Shown here piece by piece: positions 19,372 to 30,449 of a DNA stretch of 64,000 nucleotides. Both the position numbers and the translations under genes were made by a program. The stretch lies in IMG/VR virus record IMGVR_UViG_3300040801_001025, positions 20,499 to 84,498 of that record; one strand, 5' to 3'. Below the pieces are notes generated by a model. It ran no database searches and had not been told where the DNA came from. It saw only the letters and a list, made by a program, of their open reading frames with translations. Within the stretch, counting starts at the first letter, position 1. Each line of letters begins with the position of its first letter. Source of the stretch: a virus.

Positions 19372-22300
19372 TTATGATGTACTTTGTGCCGCTACAGAGT
19401 TCAATACGTTTCCGCTCGAAGCGATGTCACCAACATCAGTACTTGTTGTGAATGGCGCAGCAAATGGGAATCTATCAATTCTATTAGATAACGTGTCGCC
19501 AGCGTGATAACCATCACTTGCTGATCGCAATGCCCTACCTAGACGTTTTGGTACAGCTAGATCGCCTACATCGGTGGCCGTAACAAAAGGTGTTGAGAAT
19601 GGGAACCTATCGACTTGTGCAGTCCCTGCGCCACCGGGGAAATTAAGATCACCTGCAACAAAGTAACCATCACTATCAGATTGTGTTCCACCAGTTCTCC
19701 AGCGTTCTGTAATTAGATCACCAACGTCAGTTGATGTTACAAAAGGTGAGGACAATGGGAAGCTCTCAATAGTATTAAGCAAAATAGGTGCAGGGTTATT
19801 CGGGTTTCTACCACCCGAAACATAGCCATCTGTATCAGATTCGTGTCCAGAGCCATTAACGCTGGCTTGTGTCATATCACCAATGGCGCTTGAAGTTGTA
19901 AACGGAGCACTGAATGGGAATGAACGAATACTACTTCTGACAGCCGGACTTAATGTTGGTTCAAATCCACCAATTGTAAATCCTTGAGAACTTGATAGAT
20001 CACTCACGCCTGAAGCATTAGCAATAGGAGCTATCAAATCGCCTACATCGGTAGCCGTTACAAATGGTGATGATGCTGGTATTCTATCAACAGACGCATA
20101 GATAATTGGAACACCACTATCGAAGCCGCCTGCTACAAATAAATCAGTACTTCCACTATGACCTGTGGCAACTGATCGATTAGAATTCAAACTACCTATG
20201 TCTGTAGCTATGGTAAAAGGTGATGATAGTGGGAACGATCTAACGTCATTGTACACAATACTCGGTGAACTACTGTAACCACCTGAAATATATCCATCAT
20301 TATAACTTAATGCCCCTGCTGATGGCGTTGGTGTAACTGTAGGTGTCGGTGTGGCAGTCGGAGTTAATGTAGGTGTAACTGTCACAGTTGGTGTCGGTGT
20401 TGGCGTTGGCGCAAATCCCGTGCCATCTTCTAAGCCAGAAGAACCTCGTGCGATACCACCTCCGATATCACCTACATCAGTGCTATTTGTAAATGGCGAA
20501 CTGAATGGGAATCTTGTAATAGAGAATAAGGTTACGGGTGCTAATCCACCACCGATGAATCCATCTGTGTTGCTTGAGTGACCAGAGGCTTGATATCTGC
20601 CAGTAGGTCCAATATCTCCAACATCTGTTGCCGTTACAAATGGAGCCGAGAATGGGAATCGATCAACCGTTCTAACTGAGCCCGGTGCTGTACCTCCAGC
20701 CCTATATCCGTCAGTGTCAGAATTATGTCCCGTACTCAAGTTGATAGTTTCAGTTAGATTACCAACATCTGTGGCTGTAGTAAAGCTTGTAGTAAACGGA
20801 TAGCGTTCAATCGTATTTACAAACGGTGTGACAGGTGTTCTACCGCCCATAGTATAACCATGGGTGTCTGATTGTGTTCCAGCAAAACGATTTGTAGCTA
20901 CATTCAAATCACCTATATCAGTTGCAGTTATAAATGGTGCTGCAAACGGATATTCTTGAATTACGTTGGTAACGCCCCCGGCGCTATCACCGCCAGCAAC
21001 GTAACCACTGTTACCATCACTTGAAGCACTCAAGTTGAACAGTCCGGTTGTTAAGTTTCCAACGTCGGTTGTGGTTGTAAATGGCGACGTGAAAGGGAAA
21101 CTCTCAACACTATCACTTCTTCCAAATGGACCCGTGCCAGTAGCGCCACCCATCACATATCCATCAGAACCTGAAGCTGCACCTTCGCCTACAAAAATTG
21201 CCACTTGTAGACTTCCAATATTAGTCGCATTTGTAAATGGTGAACTGAACGGGAATGATCGTATTTCAGAAGTTGATACATTAGCTGGAGTAGTGTAACC
21301 ACCTGCTGTATAACCTGTAAACAATCCTTCTAGCTCTGATAACGGTGTTGGAGATGGTGTAGGAGTAATCGTTACCGATACTGTAACGGTTGGCGTCACT
21401 GTAGGCGTTGGCGATACTGGCACTCCTGAAGATGATGGCGTAACTGTTGGTGTCAACGTTGCGGTCAACGTTGGTGTCAACGTTGGTGTCAACGTAGTAG
21501 TCGGAGTTACACTAGCAGTATTAGTTGGCGTCACAGTTGGCGTCACAGTTGGCGTAATCGAAGCTGTTGGTGTTACACTAGCAGTTACGGTAGGTGTATT
21601 AGTTGGCGTTGCTGTTAGTGTCGGCGTCACAGTTGGCGTAATTGAAGCTGTTGGCGTTACACTAGCAGTATTAGTTGGTGTAATCGTTGGCGTTGCTGTT
21701 AGTGTCGGCGTAATCGAAGCTGTCGGAGTTGGTGTCACGGATGCACCCGGCGTACCTGCTGGTGTTCCAGTAGGTGTCAATGTTGGCGTAGTGCTTTGAG
21801 TAACAGTAACTGTTGGAGTCACTGTCGCTGATGGTGTTACGGTAGCAGTTACTGTAGGTGTAACAGTATTTGCTGGTGTTACACTTGGTGTAGTAGTTGG
21901 CGTGATTGTAACTGTGGCCGTTAGCGTCGGCGTAATCGAAGCTGTCGGAGTTGGTGTCACGGATACGCCCGGTGTACCTGCTGGTGTTCCAGTAGGCGTT
22001 AATGTTGGTGTCACTGTAGCCGTTGGTGTTACACTAGCAGTATTAGTTGGTGTAATCGTTGGCGTTACAGTCGCACTCGCGGTTATTGTAGGCGATAATG
22101 TTGGTGTCGGAGTAACGGTAGCCGTATTAGTTGGTGTAAGAATTACTGTTGCTGTTGGAGTTGCTGTAACAGTTAATGTTGGTGTCAGCGTTGGTGTCAA
22201 CGAAATCGTTGGCGTAGCTGATGGCGTAATAGTTACCGTGGCGCTCATTGTTGGCGTCAACGTTGGTGTTAGTGAAATAGTCGGCGTCACAGTTGGCGTC

Positions 22301-23742
22301 ACAGTAGCTGTTGCTGTGTTTGTTGGTGTAAGTGTTGGAGTCAACGAAATAGTTGGAGTCACCGAAGGTGTTACCGAAGGTGTCAATGAAATCGTTGGTG
22401 TCAACGTTGGTGTAACTCGCGGGGTAAATGATGGCGTCACCGTAACCGCAGGTGTTTGTGTTGGCGTAACACTTGGTGTAGTAGTTGGCGTCACCGTATT
22501 TGTTGGTGTTAGACTAATTGTCGGCGTGTTAGTTGGCGTCAACGAAACTGTTGGTGTAACAGATGGTGTTACAGTATTTGACGGTGTAATAACTGGTGTA
22601 AACGATGGCGTCACTGTCACTGGCGGTGTTACAGTTGGTGTTACAGTTGGTGTCACGCTCGTCGTAGGCGTCACGCTCGTTGTTGGATTCGGCGTAAATG
22701 CCGGTGTCTGAGTAACCGAAGGTGTTACCGTTGGTGTAATTGTTGGCGTATTTGTAGCAGACGGTGTTACCGTTGGCGTAATAGTATTCGTAGGCGTCAC
22801 CGATGGCGTTACCGTTGGCGTAATAGTATTCGTTGGTGTCGGTGTCGGCGTTGACGACAAAGTAATGAATGGTGTAAACGGTGGCGTATTCGTTGGCGTC
22901 AATGTTGGTGTTAACGAAATTGTTGCTGTTAATGTTGGTGTCAACGAAATAGTTGGTGTCAGCGTTGGAGTCAACGAAATAGTTGGCGTCAATGTCGGTG
23001 TTAACGAAATTGTTGGTGTCAACGTTGGCGTAACTGTTGGTGTTACAGTAGCAGTGACTGTGCTAGTTGGTGTTACAGTAGCAGTGACTGTGCTAGTCGG
23101 TGTTACAGTAGCTGTTGGAGTAATACTTGGCGTTGGAGATACGGTTACAGATGGCGTAACCGTAGCAGTCACTGTGGCTGTTGGCGTCAACGTCGGCGTA
23201 ACCGTAGGAGTAGCAGTACTTGTTGGCGTCAATGTCGGCGTAACCGTAGGTGTGTTTGTCGCTGTCTGTGTCGGCGCAGGAGTTTGTGTTGGTGTAACGG
23301 TAGCTGTAGGTGTTACAGCCGCTGTAGCAGTTGCGGTAGGCGTTACAGCCGCCGTTTGCGACGGTGTTTGTGATGGCGTCTGAGACGGAGTAACAGTAAC
23401 AGTTGGTGTAACCGTAGCAACCGGAGTTGGTGTAGGTGTAGGGAAGAACGTATCCACACCATAGAAAAAGAAATGCACGATGCCAGTTGTCGGTTCTGAG
23501 AATTCAAACAGGACTGTATTACCATCGACAATACGGAATTTATCAGGAGTTACTTCTTGATTATTTATATAAACTTTTGCAATAACGCCACGAGTGTTCT
23601 GACCGTGATCGATGGTCCAAACACTTTGAGCAGTTTCAATAGAAACAACAAAGGCAAGAAGCCCTTCAGCCACTTCAGTATTCCTGATGACATATTTACC
23701 TGTCGCCAAGTCCAGATAAAGTGGCACAATTCTACTTGTCAT
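19372..23742 (-). CDS. giant Thr/Pro-rich (mucin-like) protein with two six-repeat Kelch-like domains
   Basis: about 700 aa of TPT/TVT repeats; 12 copies of GY..GG...[14 protein letters not shown]; late promoter at 23765-23772 (-). Confidence 0.8.
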   Translation of the reverse strand: MTSRIVPLYLDLATGKYVIRNTEVAEGLLAFVVSIETAQSVWTIDHGQNTRGVIAKVYINNQEVTPDKFRIVDGNTVLFEFSEPTTGIVHFFFYGVDTFFPTPTPTPVATVTPTVTVTPSQTPSQTPSQTAAVTPTATATAAVTPTATVTPTQTPAPTQTATNTPTVTPTLTPTSTATPTVTPTLTPTATVTATVTPSVTVSPTPSITPTATVTPTSTVTATVTPTSTVTATVTPTVTPTLTPTISLTPTLTPTISLTPTLTPTISLTPTLTATISLTPTLTPTNTPPFTPFITLSSTPTPTPTNTITPTVTPSVTPTNTITPTVTPSATNTPTITPTVTPSVTQTPAFTPNPTTSVTPTTSVTPTVTPTVTPPVTVTPSFTPVITPSNTVTPSVTPTVSLTPTNTPTISLTPTNTVTPTTTPSVTPTQTPAVTVTPSFTPRVTPTLTPTISLTPSVTPSVTPTISLTPTLTPTNTATATVTPTVTPTISLTPTLTPTMSATVTITPSATPTISLTPTLTPTLTVTATPTATVILTPTNTATVTPTPTLSPTITASATVTPTITPTNTASVTPTATVTPTLTPTGTPAGTPGVSVTPTPTASITPTLTATVTITPTTTPSVTPANTVTPTVTATVTPSATVTPTVTVTQSTTPTLTPTGTPAGTPGASVTPTPTASITPTLTATPTITPTNTASVTPTASITPTVTPTLTATPTNTPTVTASVTPTASITPTVTPTVTPTNTASVTPTTTLTPTLTPTLTATLTPTVTPSSSGVPVSPTPTVTPTVTVSVTITPTPSPTPLSELEGLFTGYTAGGYTTPANVSTSEIRSFPFSSPFTNATNIGSLQVAIFVGEGAASGSDGYVMGGATGTGPFGRSDSVESFPFTSPFTTTTDVGNLTTGLFNLSASSDGNSGYVAGGDSAGGVTNVIQEYPFAAPFITATDIGDLNVATNRFAGTQSDTHGYTMGGRTPVTPFVNTIERYPFTTSFTTATDVGNLTETINLSTGHNSDTDGYRAGGTAPGSVRTVDRFPFSAPFVTATDVGDIGPTGRYQASGHSSNTDGFIGGGLAPVTLFSITRFPFSSPFTNSTDVGDIGGGIARGSSGLEDGTGFAPTPTPTPTVTVTPTLTPTATPTPTVTPTPSAGALSYNDGYISGGYSSSPSIVYNDVRSFPLSSPFTIATDIGSLNSNRSVATGHSGSTDLFVAGGFDSGVPIIYASVDRIPASSPFVTATDVGDLIAPIANASGVSDLSSSQGFTIGGFEPTLSPAVRSSIRSFPFSAPFTTSSAIGDMTQASVNGSGHESDTDGYVSGGRNPNNPAPILLNTIESFPLSSPFVTSTDVGDLITERWRTGGTQSDSDGYFVAGDLNFPGGAGTAQVDRFPFSTPFVTATDVGDLAVPKRLGRALRSASDGYHAGDTLSNRIDRFPFAAPFTTSTDVGDIASSGNVLNSVAAQSTS
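21340..23440 (-). repeat. low-complexity tandem repeats encoding T-P-T-V/S stalk
   Basis: recurrent GTTGGTGT/GTTGGCGT units; near-identical blocks at about 21711-21780 and 21931-22000. Confidence 0.9.
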
Positions 23743-23812
23743 TTACAAACTCCACGGTTAATCATATTTATGCTAGCTACCCCTATAAATACAATACACG
23801 GAGAGGTTATAA

Positions 23813-24616
23813 ATGAGAGACCGCAGAAGAAAATATATTCCTAATCCATTTTTTGATGATCAAAAAGATTTGATTAGTGATGTTGACGAACTTTTAGCTG
23901 ACTATGGTATGGATGATATCGTTCGTGGTAGAGGTCCGCGTCAAGGTTTAGATAAGATGGCACGTTCCATGACTGGTAGTCGTGATGGTGTAATAGGTAG
24001 CCAGTTCCGTCGTGTACTTCGACCAGATAGAACTGAATTACCTTCTGTTGGCCAATTCACCGACGATGATTATGAGCCGAGAAATGCTCGTGGTTCATTA
24101 GTTTATAAAGACCCTGACTATTATAGAAACGAATATAATAGTTTTGACGATTTAGAAGACTTTGATATTGATGCTGAGTTCATTTATAATCTAGAGAATC
24201 CTGAAGAAGATGAGCTTGAAGGCCGTAAATTCGATTTCGATGACGATATGGACGATGAAGAGTTGGATTTCGGTGACGATAATGATACACTAGATGACTC
24301 TGACGAAGAGGACATGAATGAAGAAGAATCGTCCGATGAGGAAGAAGACCTTGGTCCAAAATACGAGGGTGTTGTCCGAGCGGTCAAGGGTGCGTACTTG
24401 GTATCACGCAAAGAACAAGCAGATGAAACCTTCACTGAAGTCTGGATTTACAACGTAGGTAAAGACTTCGACTGTGAATCTAATGTTCGCAAAGCTATTT
24501 TGGCTGGAACTGACATTGATCCTACTAAGAATGTATCGGAAGACAAGTCTCAGGAAGCAGTTCTTAAAACTGTTGGTAACGTTCAATTCCTTACAATTAC
24601 AGGGTTGCAGAGCTAA
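23813..24616 (+). CDS. hypothetical acidic protein
   Basis: TATAAATA at 23784-23791, GGAGAGG RBS; VRAVKGAYLV..WIYN C-terminal domain. Confidence 0.65.
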   Translation: MRDRRRKYIPNPFFDDQKDLISDVDELLADYGMDDIVRGRGPRQGLDKMARSMTGSRDGVIGSQFRRVLRPDRTELPSVGQFTDDDYEPRNARGSLVYKDPDYYRNEYNSFDDLEDFDIDAEFIYNLENPEEDELEGRKFDFDDDMDDEELDFGDDNDTLDDSDEEDMNEEESSDEEEDLGPKYEGVVRAVKGAYLVSRKEQADETFTEVWIYNVGKDFDCESNVRKAILAGTDIDPTKNVSEDKSQEAVLKTVGNVQFLTITGLQS

Positions 24617-24654
24617 GATAATATATGGTACAATCCACTGATTAGGAGAGTACC

Positions 24655-25068
24655 ATGGATGACAAAAAAGTCGTTTTTGACGGCATCAAAGAAAACCCCA
24701 ATCAATCTGAACACCAAAAAGAGCTAGAACACTACGTGGCACTATTCCGTGTGGCAGTTCGTGCTCAAATGGCCCTCGCCAAAGAATACATGGCGTATCG
24801 CAGTAATGTACTTGAAGCCAAAACGGCACCCAAGAAAGAACTTTACGAGAAGAAGTGTGCTAAAGTCAAGGCTGAGTTTGATGAAGTCAGTGAAAAAGCA
24901 ATGGCATTGGCTGATCTACTTGCGTCGAAAGGTATCGATGTGGACTCCATTGTCGATAAAATGATTACAGAGCATGCCCAAGATCAAGAACAATCTGCAA
25001 AGGACGAAGAATTGGTTGGTGAAATCGCTGAAGTACAAGTAGATGAAATTCCGAAGGATACTGAATGA
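24655..25068 (+). CDS. hypothetical coiled-coil protein
   Basis: AGGAG RBS; sigma70-like TTGCAG-N18-TACAAT. Confidence 0.65.
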   Translation: MDDKKVVFDGIKENPNQSEHQKELEHYVALFRVAVRAQMALAKEYMAYRSNVLEAKTAPKKELYEKKCAKVKAEFDEVSEKAMALADLLASKGIDVDSIVDKMITEHAQDQEQSAKDEELVGEIAEVQVDEIPKDTE

Positions 25069-25649
25069 AATTAGTTGGAATATCTGGTGCCCAAGGACAG
25101 GGCAAAAGCACTACTATAAATGAACTAGCAAAGCAAGAAGGCTTTATTAGAAGTGAAGTGCAAACTGCCAGAAGTATTTTAACAGGATGGCAGTTGACAC
25201 TAAACGAAGTTAACAAATATCCACCGTTGAAAGTCAGGTTTCAAGAGGAATTGCTTAGACGCCATGAACAAGCAATCACACTTAATCCTGTGACCAAAAC
25301 ACTAGAGCATGGAATTGTTCTTATAGAACGAACATTTGCGGATATTTTTGTATATGCAATGGTTTCACTAGGAGCATATAACGACTATAGTGATTGGCTA
25401 GAAGATTACTACAGACGTTGTGCTAAAGCACAAGAAGAACATTTTGAGCATGTTTTTTATCTGACTGGTCGGCAAAACTATACACCGGAAGAAGATGGCG
25501 TTCGCTCAACAAACAAATTCTTTGCATCTATGGTTGATCACCAGATTGCATATCATAGTATTAAGATGGGTAATTGCCACTATGTCGATACACCAGATTT
25601 AAATGAAAGAGTTCAAAGGATTATAGACGTATGTACAAACCTAAAGTAA
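25065..25649 (+). CDS. P-loop nucleotide monophosphate kinase-like protein
   Basis: GISGAQGQGKST, IERTFAD, EEDGVR. Confidence 0.75.
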   Translation: MKLVGISGAQGQGKSTTINELAKQEGFIRSEVQTARSILTGWQLTLNEVNKYPPLKVRFQEELLRRHEQAITLNPVTKTLEHGIVLIERTFADIFVYAMVSLGAYNDYSDWLEDYYRRCAKAQEEHFEHVFYLTGRQNYTPEEDGVRSTNKFFASMVDHQIAYHSIKMGNCHYVDTPDLNERVQRIIDVCTNLK

Positions 25650-26245
25650 TATTTTGTGCTGACTGTGAAACAAGTGGTCTCAATTGGGGCTATGAAGAAG
25701 CTTGTAGTAATATCAAAGTTTGTCAGGATTATCAGTCCGTTCAATGGGGATTTGTAGCAGTTGATGCTACAACCTTAGAAACACTTGGTGAGAAAAAGAT
25801 CAACATCAAATGGAACGGTGTTGCCAAGTGGACACAAGGTGCTGAGAAGATTCATGGTCTTAGTAAAGAATGGCTAGAAGAAAATGGTGTAACTGAAGAA
25901 GAGGCCATTGTTGAAATGGTAGAATTCTGGTCGGAATACGTAGACTTATCGAATCCTATTTTCTTCATGGGTCACCATTGGCGCTCATTTGATCATTTCT
26001 TCTTGGAAGATTTGTTTATCAGACACGAAGTAGAGGGTGTGAAGTTTAGTCATAAAGTGCTAGACACATACTCATTGGCCATGGGAACTCTTGGACTGTC
26101 GAGTTCCGATGATATTTTCAAAGCGGTTGGGCTAAATAATAGAACAACCCATGATGCTTTGGAAGATGCACAAATGACAGTCGAAGCATTTAAAAGGATA
26201 CGCAGAATATGGAAAAAGCTATTACAGAACTATCAAGAAAAGTAG
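25631..26245 (+). CDS. DEDDh 3'-5' exonuclease (Pol III epsilon-like)
   Basis: DCETSG, AEKIHGL, GHH..FD, LDT, HDALEDA. Confidence 0.88.
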   Translation: MYKPKVIFCADCETSGLNWGYEEACSNIKVCQDYQSVQWGFVAVDATTLETLGEKKINIKWNGVAKWTQGAEKIHGLSKEWLEENGVTEEEAIVEMVEFWSEYVDLSNPIFFMGHHWRSFDHFFLEDLFIRHEVEGVKFSHKVLDTYSLAMGTLGLSSSDDIFKAVGLNNRTTHDALEDAQMTVEAFKRIRRIWKKLLQNYQEK

Positions 26246-26385
26246 ATAGATTGATCCACAGAGTTGATTCTCTTGAAAAAGAGAATGCTTCTCTCAAGAG
26301 AATGATAGCTAACAATAAGCATCGTATGAACAAAACTACAAAGCGTTTGCGTTCCGCACGTACACGTCTGGATAATATGGCATAA
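26209..26385 (+). CDS. small coiled-coil hypothetical protein (58 aa, not in ORF track)
   Basis: MEKAITELSRKVDRL...RLDNMA; fills gap, TAATG overlap with next gene. Confidence 0.55.
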   Translation: MEKAITELSRKVDRLIHRVDSLEKENASLKRMIANNKHRMNKTTKRLRSARTRLDNMA

Positions 26386-26777
26386 TGTTAGCTGTTCTTG
26401 GATTATTAGGTAGGAGCCCCGCATTTACCGGGGTTCTTATTATGGCGCTAGTTGGAGCCCTTGCATGGGGAGGTATCCAAACTTGGCGTATTGGTACTTT
26501 GGAAAATGAAGTACGAGAAGCTGAAAATAAACAAGAACGTGCTGAACAGCAAACACAAGCATGTCGCGACCAAATGTCAGTTCAAAATGAGAGAATTCAA
26601 GACTTATCTGATGACAGAAAGTTTCGTGACGGGATGATCGATATGCTTAGAGAAAACATCGATACAGAACGTGAAAGAACTCAACGTACAATCACATCTT
26701 TGATAGATGCCCCAGTTCCAGAAAATTGTGAGGCTGCAATTCAATTCTTACGTGATGGCTTAGGAGACTTCAAATGA
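26385..26777 (+). CDS. inner-membrane spanin (Rz-like)
   Basis: N-terminal TM helix, coiled coil, C-terminal Cys; followed by lipoprotein. Confidence 0.7.
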   Translation: MLAVLGLLGRSPAFTGVLIMALVGALAWGGIQTWRIGTLENEVREAENKQERAEQQTQACRDQMSVQNERIQDLSDDRKFRDGMIDMLRENIDTERERTQRTITSLIDAPVPENCEAAIQFLRDGLGDFK

Positions 26778-27310
26778 GAGTACTAGTTATCCTAATTGCC
26801 GTATTGATGCTATCTGGCTGTGATTGGCTTACTAAACCATCTCCCGAGATTGTTTATCAAGAGAAATATGTTCCAGTATCGAATGTACCTAAGCCTCCAG
26901 AAATTAATTGCCCTCGTCCGTTATTAGAGACCACGCCGACAAATGCATCGGAAGGTGAAATAGCGAAAGCTTACCGTATTTCAGCATTACAGTATAGAGA
27001 TTGTTTGTTGCTATATAGAAAGGTAACAGACGTATATGATAGATTAGCAGAGGAAGATAATGCTCGCATTGAAAGGTTTAACGATAATCAAACGCAAAGT
27101 CCGACTGGACCTTTCTCCGCAGGCTCGCCACGGTCTAACCCATCAACTACAGATGGCACTTCCTTTGACGAAGAAGCATTGCGGAGAGAACTTGGTATTG
27201 ATCCAAGTTCAACCGGACCAGTGTCTACCCCAAGAACCGCTAGCGATCCATTCGCCAGTGTGCGGGAAGATATAAACGAAGTAGCAGAGAAAGACTATGA
27301 AATTAACTGA
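26774..27310 (+). CDS. outer-membrane spanin lipoprotein (Rz1-like)
   Basis: signal peptide with lipobox LSGC, Pro-rich. Confidence 0.7.
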   Translation: MRVLVILIAVLMLSGCDWLTKPSPEIVYQEKYVPVSNVPKPPEINCPRPLLETTPTNASEGEIAKAYRISALQYRDCLLLYRKVTDVYDRLAEEDNARIERFNDNQTQSPTGPFSAGSPRSNPSTTDGTSFDEEALRRELGIDPSSTGPVSTPRTASDPFASVREDINEVAEKDYEIN

Positions 27311-27644
27311 TGTGTTAACAGAGAATGCCAAGAAGGATGAGCACAAGCCAGTTTTTAAAGAGACTGATCCTGAAGCTCCATTCCCCAATGATACTATAAA
27401 GGCTCTCGAAAGAGAAATCAACAAGAAAGCGAAGGATTTAGAACGCGATTGGGATTGTGCCATCAGTGTCGTAGACTCATGTTTTAAAGATTTAAAAGTC
27501 CCAAAACCCTCTCCCTTAGTAACTAAAAGATGGGAACAATATGAAGATTTAATTGCTGATGCAGTTAAACAACTTTACGATGCTCGTGGATTAGCTGGTT
27601 CATGGCGTCAAAGTGGAAACATCTTTAAACAATTCAATAAATAA
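27297..27644 (+). CDS. hypothetical protein, possible internal head protein
   Basis: MKLTDVLTE N-terminus. Confidence 0.6.
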   Translation: MKLTDVLTENAKKDEHKPVFKETDPEAPFPNDTIKALEREINKKAKDLERDWDCAISVVDSCFKDLKVPKPSPLVTKRWEQYEDLIADAVKQLYDARGLAGSWRQSGNIFKQFNK

Positions 27645-27664
27645 GGGAAAGAGGGATATTTCTC

Positions 27665-29443
27665 ATGAACAAAAGTCTTTACAGAATGCGCGTTTTGACA
27701 GGACAGGCTCAAGATAGCAGCCTTGTCAATGATCTTTACGAAAACTATGGCATCGATGAGGTCGAAGGCCACGGTAACATTACTGACAAAGAAGGTCCAT
27801 TCCTTATGCCGAATGGCCGCACAGTATACTACAGCTTGACCGAGAAGAAATTCTACGATCCAGTTGTTAAACAACCACTGAATGAATCCGAAGCGCGCGA
27901 TCTATATAGCTCTGATCGCTATGACGCTGGTGTCATTCTACATGCCTATAAAGATGGAGAAGAAACTCCAATCCGACTAGAATCCGCTGAAGCAATTCCG
28001 CAAATGGCAGACACCATGCTTGCTAACGGTTTCTCACAGTTTTCTGTGAGCATGGACGATGTAATTCGTGCTCCATATGCCCCAGATAGAGAAACTGTTG
28101 AAGAGGCATGCTGGAAGGGTTACACGCAGAAAGGATATAAGAAGAAAGGCGGTAAGCGTGTTCCTAATTGCGTAAAGGAAGGCAAGCTAACTGCTGGCGA
28201 AGCCAACAAGCTTGATAAACTCAAGAAAGAGTACGAAGATGGCTCCATGTACAAGAACATGATTCAGCAGTATGGTGAAGAAGAAGGCAAACAGGTTTTC
28301 TATGCCACACTAACCAACATGGCTAAAGAAGCAGTTGAAGACGTAGCTGTTCTTGAAAGCAAGAATCATCCTGATGGTGATATGGCTATGCGTCAAGTTC
28401 AAACGATGCAGAAGAATGTAAAGCGTCTTATGTCCATGCTTTCTGACAGTGCGGACTATCCAGCATGGTGGCAGTCTAAGTTAACGAAGGCTGAAGATTA
28501 CCTTGATGTTGTAACAGATTATCTTGCAAGTGAACCAGTCACAGAAGGTGCAGTTGTCCCAACAGAAGTTGCTAAAAAATATAAAGACATTATTCCGAAT
28601 GGTGCTTTGAAAAATCTTGGTATGGCTGAAATTGAAGAATTCTATCGCACGATGGCTGATGGAAATATTACAGATGAAGCTGGTGTTAGAGAATTAGTTT
28701 CAAAGTTAGAACAACAGCAGAAAGGTGCAATGAAAGGTGCTGAAGCTGTATCTAGGGGTCGTATGTCTGAATCTGCTCAGCTTGATGAAGCAGCCAAGTA
28801 TGCTAAAAAGGCAAGTAAGTCCGGTAAAGAAGTAGGTAGCGACACACCTGATTCCAAGCGTGATCGAAAGAAAGCTGAAAAAGATGAGGCTGATAAAAAA
28901 GCTCCAAATGAAAGCCCATTTGTAAAAGGCGATAAAGTCAAGCATGGAAGCAAAGAAAAAGTTGTGGTTGTACCAAATGGTCCAGCTAACCTAGTAGGTG
29001 TAGCTGACTCCATGGATGGTAAAGTCTCTATGGTAAAAATTGGTTCATTGACTCGTTTGGATGAAGCCGTAGATGCAACTGTTTTTGGTAACACTGGATT
29101 CTACCACGCTGTTGATGATGCTGAACAGAAGGGTGAGCGTACTGGTAAAGATTACCTTGGTACATCTGTTAAGACGCCTCGTGAAGTTATCGAAGCTATT
29201 GACAAGCGTATCAAAGAAGTACAAGAGTCTATTGACCGCTATGACCGTAAAGGGTACAATGAGAAGAGTATCAAGGTCAATGTCATTGAGGCTCTAGAGC
29301 AGATCAAGAAGAACCTTCAGCAAGGTGACTTGGAAGGTATCAAAGAAGCTCAGATTTACTTTGGCACATTGATGAGCCCAATCTGGGATTTCTTCCCGGC
29401 TCAGCTTGTTAACTACATTGCAAAAGGTCCAAGCTCTGAGTAA
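27665..29443 (+). CDS. mosaic hypothetical protein, likely head-associated
   Basis: ACWKGY...VPNCV, WWQSKLTKAEDYL modules; many L/V-x-E sites; late-type promoter 27636-27643. Confidence 0.7.
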   Translation: MNKSLYRMRVLTGQAQDSSLVNDLYENYGIDEVEGHGNITDKEGPFLMPNGRTVYYSLTEKKFYDPVVKQPLNESEARDLYSSDRYDAGVILHAYKDGEETPIRLESAEAIPQMADTMLANGFSQFSVSMDDVIRAPYAPDRETVEEACWKGYTQKGYKKKGGKRVPNCVKEGKLTAGEANKLDKLKKEYEDGSMYKNMIQQYGEEEGKQVFYATLTNMAKEAVEDVAVLESKNHPDGDMAMRQVQTMQKNVKRLMSMLSDSADYPAWWQSKLTKAEDYLDVVTDYLASEPVTEGAVVPTEVAKKYKDIIPNGALKNLGMAEIEEFYRTMADGNITDEAGVRELVSKLEQQQKGAMKGAEAVSRGRMSESAQLDEAAKYAKKASKSGKEVGSDTPDSKRDRKKAEKDEADKKAPNESPFVKGDKVKHGSKEKVVVVPNGPANLVGVADSMDGKVSMVKIGSLTRLDEAVDATVFGNTGFYHAVDDAEQKGERTGKDYLGTSVKTPREVIEAIDKRIKEVQESIDRYDRKGYNEKSIKVNVIEALEQIKKNLQQGDLEGIKEAQIYFGTLMSPIWDFFPAQLVNYIAKGPSSE

Positions 29444-29471
29444 TCTCCTGACTCCACGATAGTGAGTGTTG

Positions 29472-29502
29472 AAAAAGGGAGCTTTATGCTCCCTTTTTGT
29501 TT
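29472..29502 (+). terminator. intrinsic terminator
   Basis: AAAAAGGGAGC-TTTAT-GCTCCCTTTTT. Confidence 0.8.
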
Positions 29503-29518
29503 GCCTTGATAAATACAA

Positions 29519-29776
29519 ATGAGAATGATTATTACTATGGAAGACGATATGTACATTTGTTTATGTTCTGATCTTCGTCAGAGTCAGATTGAAGAAGCTA
29601 TACAGGAAGGTGCTAGGACACTTGAAGAAGTGCAGGAGTCTACGACGGCGTGTACGGGTTGCGAGTCATGCCGTGAGGAAATTGAAGATATGCTTAATCG
29701 TCTTTCTTTTTCTTCGCTGAATGAATCACTTCACGAATCTTCTTGCGACGATTTCGTTGCTCATTTGTCTTCCTGA
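29519..29776 (+). CDS. BFD-like [2Fe-2S] ferredoxin
   Basis: MYICLC...ACTGCESC; true start may be 29537 or 29549. Confidence 0.75.
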   Translation: MRMIITMEDDMYICLCSDLRQSQIEEAIQEGARTLEEVQESTTACTGCESCREEIEDMLNRLSFSSLNESLHESSCDDFVAHLSS

Positions 29777-30449
29777 TTTCAGCAACACTTTCAAAGAATG
29801 AGCCTGTAGTGATTGGTTCAGTAGGCTCTGGCGTGGCTGTAGCTGTTGTTTGAATCTTATGAGTTGGTGTAGCAGTTTTACTTAGACCAGCTAGAATTTC
29901 ACGAACTTGCTTACTCTTATCGCTAGATACGCTACTTTCATTCAATGCCTTCTTAGCTTCTTTTAACGTAGTAGTTGGTGTTACTTCCGGCGTTGGTGTA
30001 GGCTTAGTTGCAGTAACCTTCTTGGTTACTTTCGGCGTAGCTTCCGGTGTGGCAGTAGGTTCCGGCGTAGCGGTTGTTTTCTTCGCGGTTTTATTAGTTA
30101 GGCGTTGTGCAAGTGAAGTCTTTGTAGGAACATCCGTATCCTTCTTCATCTTAACATCAAATGCTTTCTTATCTAGTAAATTAAAAGAGCCACGGTCTGC
30201 TTCAAATCTAGCATTACCGTAATACACACAAAGCTTATAGTCAAGTGTTTTGTTTACAAGATGTGATACTGCGTCAGTAATTGTAAAGATGAACTTGGTA
30301 TCATTTACATTCTTAGCAGGGAAAGCATATCTAACATCATTTTGAAGTACGCAAAACTCAACATCTGTTTCATGCATAGGAATGCCAGTGGACGTAATTT
30401 CCACTTCATAGGGCACGCCCACAGCAACGATTAAACTCATTTCTTCCAT
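29694..30449 (-). CDS. hypothetical protein with Thr/Pro/Lys-rich region
   Basis: 251 aa ORF in reverse late operon. Confidence 0.65.
   Translation of the reverse strand: MEEMSLIVAVGVPYEVEITSTGIPMHETDVEFCVLQNDVRYAFPAKNVNDTKFIFTITDAVSHLVNKTLDYKLCVYYGNARFEADRGSFNLLDKKAFDVKMKKDTDVPTKTSLAQRLTNKTAKKTTATPEPTATPEATPKVTKKVTATKPTPTPEVTPTTTLKEAKKALNESSVSSDKSKQVREILAGLSKTATPTHKIQTTATATPEPTEPITTGSFFESVAEIRKTNEQRNRRKKIREVIHSAKKKKDD

Noticed and set aside
20351-23383. Plus-strand Val/Gly-rich ORFs (e.g. 21902-22711, 22865-23383)
   Set aside because: Antisense reading of the Thr/Pro repeats of the giant minus-strand gene
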